Shown here piece after piece: positions 23,001 to 35,000 of a stretch of DNA of 64,000 nucleotides; within the stretch, counting starts at the first letter, position 1, and every line of letters begins with the position of its first letter. Both the position numbers and the translations under genes were made by a program. Source of the stretch: Eutreptiella sp. 'Long Island Sound 2002' (Eukaryota; Protista; Euglenida); the NCBI GenBank assembly GCA_964036045.1, contig OZ038378.1, forward strand, positions 187,302,001-187,366,000, written 5' to 3'. The notes below the pieces were generated by a model that was not told the origin of the DNA, made no database searches, and worked only from the letters and a program-made list of their open reading frames with translations.

Positions 23001-26000
23001 CTGTAAAAGGCAACCACTAATATTGGTGTACTTCCGCAAAAATGCCCTCATTACAGGGTGGTCCAGCTTCTCCACAGGGATGCCAGAAGCAAGCATGATA
23101 AAAAGCAGGAATGATGAATGTGGTGTGGCAGTTTTGGGTGTGGTTGCACACTCCAAGAAGCTGAAATTTTGCACTGATCTCAATTTTCTGGAGGGGAAGG
23201 GCCCAACCAATGGTGTTGAGCACACTGATGTGGCAAATGCTCTTATTCCACAGGTGCTACAGTGGGCATCCATCCTGACCAAATCCGTGCATTTTTTTTC
23301 CATGACAGGCACAGGCACAGTGATTGCAGCTTAGAATGCGCTCTCACACAACATCCAGTGCTTGCAGTTTGTGGCTCAGCTCAATGGTGAGAATTGTTTG
23401 ATTTCAATAGCCACCATTGGGCACATGCGGTTGTTGTATTGCCACTACACATGGGAGCACTTCCACAACCAGTGGCCCTGACAGCGTACATGAAATTGCG
23501 GCACTTCACATCCTTTTCAAGAGCTGCCAGCGCATGCCATGACTAAAGCTGTGGTATTTTGCCTTTAGAGATATTCGACAAAGACATAGAACACCCATCC
23601 TGCAGTACAATGCAACGGCTACTTGTGTCTGGTGATTGCTTTTTTTGGCTGCATTTTTCTGCATTTTCCTGCAATATTGTCCATTTTCCCTGCAATTTTC
23701 CAATTTCCATCCCCCTCCCTCCCCTGCTGATAGTATGAAGTGCACCATGTATTTTCAATGGCCACACCATGGCATTTCATTAATGGCACTGTGGCATGGT
23801 AGAAGCTCAGCAAAATGATGGCTGCATTGGTACACAGATGAAACACACAGGCTGTACCGCACACTGTGTGCATGTGAAGTACCTGCTTAGTGGTGGGTGC
23901 CAAGTGTACAACTGAGGTGTTGCACTGGGCATTGCTACCATTCCTAAAACCTCACAATTCCCAAAGCGCCGTTCTGCAGCTGAGTCTATTTCAGGTGCCC
24001 AATCATCACCGTACACTCTTTGCAGCACCCAGCTTCCCTCAAAACCCGTTTGCGCCGTTTTTTTTTCTAACTCTGAATTTCGTTACCATTTCCCTTACAT
24101 CAGGCTGGACAACACAACACTGGCCCGGGCGGTATTGCAGGAGGCTAATTTGTCGCACACAGACCTTTCTGGACACGACTTCTCGAATTACGACCTCTCC
24201 GCCACTGATTTATCCGGCTGCCTGCTCTCAGGTGCAAGCCTGGCAGGAGCCAAGCTGTGCAAGGCCAATTTGGCACACAGTGTGTGCATTGGCACCAGCT
24301 TTGCAGGGGCAGATCTATCGCACTGTTTGCTGCTGCACACAAACCTACTGCAAGCGGATTTCTCCGGGGCTACGCTCGTGCTGACCTGCTTCCAGGTTTT
24401 GGCTCAGTCTCCACACATCTTGTCTGGTGCCGTTTTGTCATGTTCTGTTGTGTTGTTGCAGCCCGGATAGTGGTACGCTTGACATGGTACATCCGCATCA
24501 CACTGCACTGAACTGCTCACAACGCATGTACAGCATGGTTTTTTGTTGCAGGGGGCTGATCTGACAGGGGCTGACCTCAGCCGGCGAAATCTTCAGTCTC
24601 ACGACTTCTCGCATGCCAACCTCACACAGTGCAATCTCCAGCACAGCAGATTAACCAGCAGCAACATGACATGCTGTAACCTGGCGGAGGCATTTCTTTA
24701 TGCTGCCGATCTGTCTGGGTGTGACCTTTCAGACGCAGCTCTCTGTGGGGCTAATCTGGATTGCACCATTTTCCATGACACAGTTCTCAGCCACACCGAC
24801 TTTTCTGGAGCCTCGCTCCGTGATGTCGATGTCCGCACCATGGATTTCAAAGGACAGGTCTGGTACGCCGTGGATTTCAACGGCCGGGACCTGAGCCAGT
24901 GTAACTTTGCCGGTGCTGACCTTCGATGTGCGAGTTTCGTGAACGCGGACCTGTCTGGGGCGGATTTCTCGCATGCGGATCTGTCTGCGGCTGACTTGAA
25001 TGCGGCGAACGTCTCCGCGGCCAATCTGTCCGATGCTGTGCTGGTGCGCGCGCGGCTGGCGGGGGCGGTCTTAAGCGGCACGACGTGGACAGGGGCTGAT
25101 CTTTCGGGTGTTGATTTGCAGGTCTGCTCGTGTGGAATGAAATGGGGCAGGGATTTGCTTGAGGGAGAGGGGCTCCGTAGGGGCTGGATGGGGGCAGTTA
25201 GCACCAACCGTAGCCAAAATGGGTTTCGCCTTGGCATTTCATTCCGGCCACGGTCAAGCCTGTGCTTGAAGAAGAGGGAGACAGCAGGGGGTCTCAGGTG
25301 CGGTGGCTAGAGCGGTGGCTGACGATTGGCAAAGCGTTTGGGCAAAATTTCGGGCGGTTACAAAGCGGTTAGCGGTTGGGGCAGACGGACCCTCAGTCTC
25401 AATGGGCGCAGGTGTACACCACCCCCTTCAAGCACACGCCTGCAGGGTGCTGCAGCCCCCAATCCTGCAGCCCTAACAGCTGGGACACGCTTAATGCAAT
25501 GCGGCACCACATTCGGGCTCTTAAGCAGCCCAGCCAGGGGCACTACACAATGACGCCGCGCGCAAGTGTAGCACAGGTGTGGTACATGTAGCTTTCTCGG
25601 GGCATCGGTGCGCCGACGGGATCCTAGTATCGGACAGGAGCTTAGGCCGTCCTCGTTCGGTGTGTGGGTCGGTTGCGGCGGAAAGGCGAAATTACAGGGA
25701 GGGTTGAACGATGACAATTTGTGGCAGAACAAGGCTTGCACACGCCTCCTTGTGCCCTTCCCTTTTTTTTTTGCCTGGTGCACTCCTTCCGCATAATGGC
25801 GTAAAGGTACCACCAGAGCTGCCCTCTGCACCCAAAACGGCAGTTGTCCACTCGACGTCACCAGGGTGGTCCTCGTCGCAAAAAAATTTTCAACGTGCCT
25901 TTGACTGGATGCAGCACCTGTCACTGTTCCTTAAAAGCATTGTGGTCCCTGTGTTTGAACCTCCTCGCTGTCATAGCTGAGCAGTTGACCGGTGGGAGGC

Positions 26001-29000
26001 GGTTTTGGCGGTTGGGAGTACGGTTGGCAGGGGTTGGCATGCAGTGACTGTGACAGGACAGTGACAGTCTGGGTGCTGGAAATCGGGCCGGAAAGTAGTG
26101 CGCACGAAGAATGTTTGCAAAAATGTCCCCCATCACATGTTTAGCAAAATGATCAGTGCGTCATTCTGTGGGGATCATTGTCAGCAGTGTACAATGGGAG
26201 TGCCTCTGGGGCCTCCTGTGCATGTGCCACTTGTCACTTGTCACTGGAGTAGGAAGGGCACCATGGCTGTGCCTGTACCGCAGTCTGCGTTTGACGACTG
26301 GAGTCAGCATGCACTTAACCTGGTCAGCATTGGCAAGTTGTCTGCACTGGAGCTCTTCATGTCTAGATGCTTGAACACCCCTTGCCTGCCCATACCTTCC
26401 CTGCCTTAGCAGATTGGACATATCCTTTCTCTCGCTGCCTGCCCCAGCACATGGGACATCCCTTCACTCACCCTGCCCCACTCCCTACCCAATGATCTTT
26501 GCCTGTGGAGGTGCTGTGGACTCTACGTGTTCCTGACACCCCTCTTGTCATTCATGTTTGTGGGAGGAGCCTGCACTACGTGCGCATGGCGTGCAATGTG
26601 TCATACCAGCTGCCTCGCATAAAATGGGAACTTCAGCTGAAATTGCATTTGTAGTCCATAAGTCACGATGTTTTGTCAGTCAATTTGTGAACTTTTTTTG
26701 CCCCCCCCCCTTTTTTTCTCGTGCAACTGCATTTCGCTGCTGCTGCACCCGCATGCCATGGGCATGCAATGCAGACCCCCCCCCCCCACCCTTAGTGACT
26801 CGAGTGCAGTGCAATCGTGCAGAGTTTCGGTCCCATTTGCTGGAAGAGAGATGTAGGAGTGTACGGGTGCAAAAGGTATGCAGAAGTAGGCAACTGTGCA
26901 AACAACCTCGTCGTCGCTGGGCAAGCCACGCGATGTGGACACCCACTTTTTGTTCAACTTTTTGCGCAAAAATTGCCATATGCCGTGGCCCCCATGCAGT
27001 ATGTGTGCGTACACAACCCACAACCCAAAAGTGCCTGTGAAGGATCGTTAGGACTTTGCTGGGGCCTTGGTGCCACGCGTGTGCACTACTTATGGCACGG
27101 TTCACAGCACACGGCGAATGATTTGCAGAGACCTAGTTGAGCCGCCACAAAGACTAACAAGGGTGAGAGACTTAGTGTTTGTGTGTGTATTGGGGGGGGA
27201 GGGGGTTGTAGAGGGCTGTGCTGACGAATTATGAATTACAAAAATCCCTGTCTTTACTAAACTGGTGGCTCCCTTTTAGCCCTTTCCCTCATACAGGGTT
27301 GGTCACTGATTCGGCGCCGAATATTTCCGAATGTTTCGAAATATAACCGAATCAGAGTGAAACTGGGAATTCTGAATATTTCCGAATTTTTACCAACAGC
27401 AACAATTTTGGTCTGGGGGTTCGTTCGGATTTCTGAATGTCTCCGAATGTTTCCGAGTGAAAACAGTTGGGTTTTGGGGGTCCGGTCAATAGTGAGCATG
27501 TGGGTGGTGAGTGAGATTTTGGAGGGTTTTCATTTGAAAACAAGTTCTCATGGACCCTCAGCGAGGGTGGTGAGTGGCAAGTGGGGTTGGACCCCCTATC
27601 ATCCTTCAAGGGTACCTCCGCAAATCGGTAATATTGGTGCGGGTAACCACCTCAACAGGTGTGTGCAGGGCGCGCGCAGCGCAAGCACTTCCACAAAAAT
27701 GCTGATTATAACGGCGGCCTATGAGTCAAGCAGGGTGCGTGGAGGTGCATTCGCGTCATTTCAATGTTCACTGCTGACTCGCTGTCACTCACACCCCCTC
27801 ACCCGGGGTCACCCCCTCACCCCCTTACATCCACGGCCTCCTCCCTGTAGGGGCAGGTGCTGTCCCGCTGTGACTTCACGGCAGCAGATCTCTCACATGC
27901 CAATCTCCGCAACGCGGACCTGTCTGGGGCCGTGCTGCGGGACTGCGCACTCACCGGGGCAGAGCTGACGGGCGCATGTGTGCGTTTTGCGGACTTTTCT
28001 GGGGTCGACCTGCGGGGCCGGGACCTCTCGGGACAGGACCTGACGGGTGCCAATTTCCGCCATGCGTTGCTGAGCGACGTCGTGTTGAATGGCGCAAATC
28101 TGCGCGAGGTGTGGCGCGGGCGCAGGGCTCGGGGCACGAGGTGCGTCGGCATTCCGGAATTGCAGTTGGCCATTGGGCAGTCAAAATCGTCCCACGAAAC
28201 GTCGGCGTCATCGCTTTGCGGTTGGCACGCTCGGCTCTCGGCCTTGTGGCACCAAAAGCTGTTGCAGAATCGTGAGCCGAAGCAGTTGAACCCCGAAGAT
28301 CACCTTAGATTCATATGACTCACTGGCGCATTGGAATGGTCAGCACTTGTGCCATGACCTTCAGCCAAGATCAAAGTAGGCCCAGGCGTAAGCTGAATGC
28401 TGAAAATGAGGGCGAGTGCGGACGGAGGCGCAAGCCTCTCACAGTGGTTGTGGTGCAATGCGTCAGCCTTCAGCCAGAGGCTTAAGGCGGCATCGGTGCA
28501 GCAACCCCCCGTCAGCCCGTCACCACGCTCCGCTCTGTGCAGGCTGTCTTCGAAGGGGTCTGCCTCAAAGGTCTGCAGATGGAGCGATCCGATCTGTCGG
28601 ATGCCGCTCTGGATGGCGCTGATCTCTCTGGCACCAATATGGCCCACAGCAAGCTGACGCAGGCGAGTATGTTCGGGGCGGACCTATCCGATGCGGATCT
28701 GTCTGCCGTTGATCTCTCAGGTCCTGTGGCACCTTCGCAGTGTGTAGGGCAGGTGCCATTCGAAAACGTATGGCGTGGGGGGGGGCAATCACAGCAAAGG
28801 CTGCCGGAGCTCACATTGAACAGAGAAACTGTCACGGTCACTTCGCAGAAACATTGGTCATTGCCATTTGGGCCGGTCTGTGATGTGTGTGTTTCTGTTG
28901 GACCCGACCCTTTTCTGCGGCCAGGGTTGGTCACTGATTCGGCGCCGAATATTTCCGAATGTTCCGAAATACAACCGAATCAGAGTGAAACTGGGAATTC

Positions 29001-32000
29001 TGAATATTTCCGAATATTTCCCAACAGCAACAATTTTGGTCTGGGGGCCCGTTCGGATTTCTGAATGTCTCCGAATGTTTCCGAGTGAAAACAGTTGGGT
29101 TTTGGGGGTCCGGTCCATGTTTCATCTGTTGCACCCCAGTTCTTGTGGCCGCTTGTGCGTGTGCGGCGTGCGACGTGCTGCTTGGGCGTTGTGAAGTGCC
29201 GCCTGGACAGTACGGCCCGGCCCTGTCCTGTCGCCCGCAGTCAGTGCCATGCCATGCTCTGAGTCTGGGTTGCAAAGAGCGCCATGCGGGACATTCGGAA
29301 CCTGCTCCCCTGACCCGTGCCATCATGCCCCGTTCCTGCCGAAGTGGCGTCATGGCCTTGCGCACGCACAGCCCGGCACGCGCCCGCTCCGTTCCTCGGA
29401 CGCCGGGGAAGTCCTGTTTTCACTTCCGGGTTTTCACTATCGACCCCCCCGAAAAAGGGGGGCAGTTCGGGAAAAGGGCTCAATTGACAGGACCATTAAT
29501 AAGTTATTCTGAACTCTGGCGCCGAAGGCGCCGAAATTTTTTTTCAGCGTTGAAAATAGTCAAAGTTTTCTTTTACCAAATACATGGCACATGATGACTT
29601 TTTTGAACCCCCTCGACGCGCTGATCCCAAAAATCCCATTTTCAGTTTTTTTTTGGTCAGTCTCGGTGGGATTTTGGGGCGCCCGTCAATTGAGTCTTTT
29701 TTTGGGGGAGGGAGGGGGGGCTAGCCGGATCGCTGTATCTACCCCCCCCCCCCCCCGAGACGAAAGCCCGCCCACCCCCGTGTTTCTGGTCCTCAGGGGC
29801 AACGACGTCGGCAGTGCGTTGGAGAGGAGCCAGCCTCCGCGGGGTCAGCCTGAGAGGCTGGGACCTCCGCGATTACGACCTCCGCGGCGTCGATTTCTCG
29901 CACGCAGACCTCACGGATGCCGACCTCACGGGGGCGCACCTGCACGGGGCCGTTCTCACAGGGGCCACGTGCCTGCGAGGCATCGCCCTGCGCGGCGTGG
30001 ACCTCCGCGCCCGCGACCTCAGCGGCTGTGATTTGGCCGGGGCAGACCTGTCCGACGCAGACCTGACCGGCGGCAGACTCACAGGCACGGACCTCTCTGG
30101 GGCCGACCTCAGTCGGGCCACAGTACGCGACATCCGGTGGGCAGGTGTGGGGCGTCTGTTAATCCGGTGGTAAAAGCTCCAGAAACCCAGTGGCGGGTCC
30201 TCCTCCCTCTCCTTTGTGGCGGCAACCCTGTTCACCGTGCCAACGACAGAACCGCAGCAGAAATCTTACAGCGCCCCAGGAGCACAGTGGGCTGCTGCAG
30301 TCAAAGCGCCCCTTTGGGCCGGTCCCACTGCGGGAGATATGTGAGGACCCAAAAAATTTAGGCCAGGTTCAGACAACGGGTGCCATAACCCCTGCCATAT
30401 TGGGTCTCCCAAGCAAGCAGGAGGTGTGGCGACCCTTGCTGTATGGGGCCCCAGGCCAGGAAGTGCAGCACGGTGGCTACTAATCCCCTGCCATATTAGG
30501 GCAACACCCAAAAGGTGTATTCAGGTGCAATGCAACAGTTCAATTGCGCTGAAAAAAAGAGCGCTTGTAGTGCCCTCTTCCTGTGACCCTTCCTGGTTGC
30601 CACTGGACAACTAACTTTCAAAAACGAAATTGGGGCAGAGTTGCAATAAAAACTTCGTAAGACCACAACACTTCACATGCAACAGTTGAGGCTTGGTATC
30701 GATGCCCTGTGCCCAGGCTGGCACCGAACGATGTGAGAAGGAAGTTTGCTGGGACCTGCAGCACAGATTTGACACTCGAGTTCCAATAGCCGTTGTGCAT
30801 ACTGTTGTCCCCAACAATATTTCCTCTTAGTTTATTGGTTAGAATACCGGCTCGTTGCGCTGCGATCTCGGGGTCAGCTCTGGGCAAGGAAGTGTTTGCA
30901 CGATTTGGTTTTCTACGGCCCCCTGATGGGCCCGCTTTGATCCGACATCATTGACGCTGTTTTGTTGTGGTGCTTACGGGAACTGCATGTCGAAAGGAGT
31001 CACAGTACAGAACGCAGTTTAAACGTCCAGCCATCACAACCCGAGGGTTGCGGTGTGAAGCCGCATCTCTTTTTGGAAAGGAAAGCTACTTCCTGAACAA
31101 CGTTGACTGATTATCTGTGTTTTTCCGCGCATATTTCTCAGGTAACCTCCTGATGATTGGGCGGAACACAAAGGAAGTCATTTGAAAAATTATAACATTG
31201 TACATCAGTGACCGCTTATTTCAGTCAACCTGGATTGGTTCTAGTCCACATTATGGGGCTTGTCTGCACTCTGCTTTTGGTTTCACAGGGGCCTGCCTGC
31301 ACTCTGCGAAGTTGTGTGATGTGAACATGTGGGGCCTGGACTTGAGCGGCTTTGATCTCTCAGGCACAGATCTGTCACATGCGGATCTGTCGCATGCGGT
31401 TCTCTCCCAAGCAGACCTCTCTGCAGCAATCCTTGACAGTACGATATTCCGCAGCGCAATCCTGAGGCAGGTCGCTGTCGTCTTTTGTGCCCCGCTACCA
31501 CGGCTCTGAGGGACCTTCCACCTGATCCCCCCCCCCTGGGTTTTGTGGTTGCGTGTCGTCGTGGAGGATTGTACAGGCTGTTGGGTCGCAAATAGACCAT
31601 TGCCTTGATGACGAACACCCCCAGGCCCCCTCGCCTCACAGAGGGTGCTGGACGCGACGGTTGAGCCACAGGTACGTGGCACCCAGTGAACCACTTCCTG
31701 CAGCTCTTTATGGACTGAGTTGGAAATTAAGGTTAGTCTTCCCAAGGGGGGCTGCCTGTTCGAACTCTGGACCCCCCCCCCCCCCCTGCTTCCCGCCCTC
31801 TAGACCCTCCAAAGTTTTCGAAGCCGTCTTTGTCCAATTTGAGGTTTTGGGGGAAACTGTCGGCGCCGAAAAAAAATTTTGCCCTCCTGAGGGGTTATTA
31901 TTTTTTTTTTAACCCCATGTGTCTATACTCAAAATACTCAGAATTTTGTGGAGAATTCAAAAATGGGTGAAAAACAGAGAAAAAGTTTTGACCCCTGACC

Positions 32001-35000
32001 TGACCTTCGGGTCGGACGTTGGCTGATGGGAGCCTGAGCTAATGGGCAAATTTTTTCTGAAAATTTTTTTTACCCCATTTGTGTATGTTCAAAATGATCA
32101 GTGCGTCATGGGGATCATTTTGAGGTATGTATGTTGGAGTACCCACCGACCCCCCCCCCCCCCCGGGGACCCCGGCGGCTGACTGGCCAACCCACCTCCC
32201 CCCCCCCCCCCCTTCCAGACCCCCAAAAGTTTTCGCACCTGGTTGGGGTCTAGGATTCGAACAGGCCGCCCCCCTCGAGTTTTCCTGAGGTTTCGTCGTG
32301 CACAGTAGAAGGGTGTGATTCACTACCACGCTTTGCACTCTCCCTTTTTTTTTGTAACACATGTGCAATGACATAATTCAAAGTCCGCCTCGGGCTTGGG
32401 TCAGCCCCTCATATAATTTGGTCGCCCACACCCCAAGGTGTGTGGGCTTTGTGTACATTCAGGTTGCAGAGTCACACACAACTGTTACATGTAGCTGCAT
32501 GTGGGCGCTCATCCCCTCTCACGCAACCCGGGGTGCGTGTGGAGACAGGCTAACAAAGTCACAGTGTAGTGGGGCAAGGAGCACTGCAGGGTCTGGGTCT
32601 CCCAATCACCTCCATCCGGTCTGGCGTGTGTGGGCAATGCCCCACCACAGGCCATCACAGGCGTGGGGATCTCCCATTTGCCCTGCGGGGGGGGGGGGGG
32701 GGGGGGGCACCCAATCACCCACATGGGGCCAGATGCGCATAGGGGCGGAAAACAATGAATGGGGAAATCAGGCAAACAGCAGACTGGATGCCGTGTCACC
32801 ACGGTGTGCAGGTGCCCATCAACAAATCAAGCGGCACGCACAGGGGCCCAAATGGTGGTGTAGGATGGCGACGGCAAGGGCCAATCTTGTGGCCCATCAG
32901 GGCTGGTGTTGCGTTATCAGCGTCCGGCAGGTTTTCTCATGCTGAGGGACGGCTGCAGACTAAGAGTGTGGGCCACACCCTATTCGGGGGGGGGAGCAGG
33001 GGGCACGGCACGATCACCTTCGGGTTCTAGAGCAGGGGGAAGCCCTGCTGTAGAAGGGATTGGAGCGTGAGGATGGTGGGGAGGTGGATGGGGATGGCTG
33101 GAGTACGAGGTTGACAGCATCCAGGACAGCGTTTTGGTCCTTGTAAATTGCCCGCATATCCATCACCAGTGCACGCCTTTAAGTGTATGTCTAGTGTTGG
33201 GGGGATGGCTAGTCGTCCTGTGATCCGCAAGAGGGACCAAACTGCAATCACAATTTGCACTCTCTCTTGTGGAGAGCGATGGTGTCAATAGATCAAGGTG
33301 CATCATCTCTAGGACAAAAATGAGAAGAAGGTCTAATTGTTCATTTTGCTCCCTGCCAGTGCGTTCCAGAAAGTTAGGGCGCTACATGGGGTTTCTCTTT
33401 CTCTATGGCGCCTGCGGCGCGCCTCGAGGATACCTATGGCGCGCCTGCAGCGTACCTGCAATCCACAGGGGGACATTGCACCTGCTGCTCATGCCATGCG
33501 GGGGTGTATGTGTATGTGGATGTGTACGATGGGAGGTGGATAGTTATAAGGAGAATAGGGGATCCCGGTTATATGCTCCCTGTTTTACTATAGCAGCATT
33601 GTCAAGGCAATTTAGACATGTCCAGCGGGCTGCCACACGGTGTGTATGAAGACTGATCTTGTTTTTGCATGTTTTTTCACTCCCACCCACCAAGAGTTTC
33701 AGGAACCAGTTCACCAGGAGTCACATACCTGTGGCACATTAGTTGTTGCCTCGAGCACCATTCGGGGGCTGAGGGCTTGCTAGAGGATTCATCCCTAAGG
33801 GGTTGCTCCCCACGGCGCGCTGCATGCTGGGGGCCCCCGATTGGACAACACGTGCTGATGAACACCGCGTCATTGCTCCGTCGTATTCTCCTGCAGTCTG
33901 ATCTCCACGGGCAAGATCTGGCGTCGCACGATTTTGAAGGAGCCGATATGTCGGAGGCCCGACTCTGCCACTGCGATTTCTCCGCCGCGAACATGACCCG
34001 CACCCAGTTGGCTGGGGCGGATCTCTCACACGCGCACATATGGAGTGCGGCACTGCAGGTGTCTGCTCTTCTCTTGCGTGTGGCGCACTGCGTACGTACA
34101 CGAGTGCGGGCCCCTGAACCATCACCCGTTTTCGTTCTGGACTCTCCGAGTCCGTCCTCCCAGTGCCTTCTGGCGTCGTGCTTCTTCCCGCACTGTGTTC
34201 AATGGCGCTCGGAAATGCATCCGGGACCCAAGACCCCAACACCAGCCTGCCCACGGTTGGGGGCGCAGGTTCAACCCGCGCTCCCCCCAGATCTAACCTC
34301 GACCAACAAGCAGGTCACTCACAGAAGACATGGCACTGGACATCGGTGATACTGCCCTAGACTTCCCTTTCCCCGAGACGCGAAGTTTCTTGCTGTGGTC
34401 CTGCAGCTAAACCCCGACCCCATATAACTCCGCACACGCGAAGGCAAGTCTGCCCCCCTCTCCCCCAATCCCGGCATCGACCTCAAGATCTCCGTAATTC
34501 TGTACTTACGTACTTACTAACGAAGGCTTGCGTACTTGCTGACTGAAACTTGCGTAGACTGCTTGACTTCAGGTTTCTGGAATTTCCCCGACAGTAGGAT
34601 CCACGTGCTTGCGTACTACACGTCTTTGCTTGTTACGCAAACGGCGATTCGCGTGCTCCAATTGTAGCATTCGCACACAGATTCAAAGAAGTCACGTGCT
34701 TCATTTATGGAGGTTCAAGTATTTACTAGGATTTCTTACCAGGAGTACTTTCTTGCGAAGATACATATTTATTTGCTTACTGATATTTGCGTGCTTATTT
34801 ACCAAGTTTGCGTCCTTACTTCCTAAGGCTTGTGTACAGGGTGTTGGGTAGCAGCCAACAAGGACATCAGTCCCCCGCAACGTAAAGGCTTTGGTTCAAA
34901 TGCTGGTTTCTGGGCAAACTGGATCGAGCTGAAGGAGAGGACCAAGGGCGTACCCCCAGCCTTTGGGGCTGACGGTCGGTTCGACGCCAATCATCTGTCC

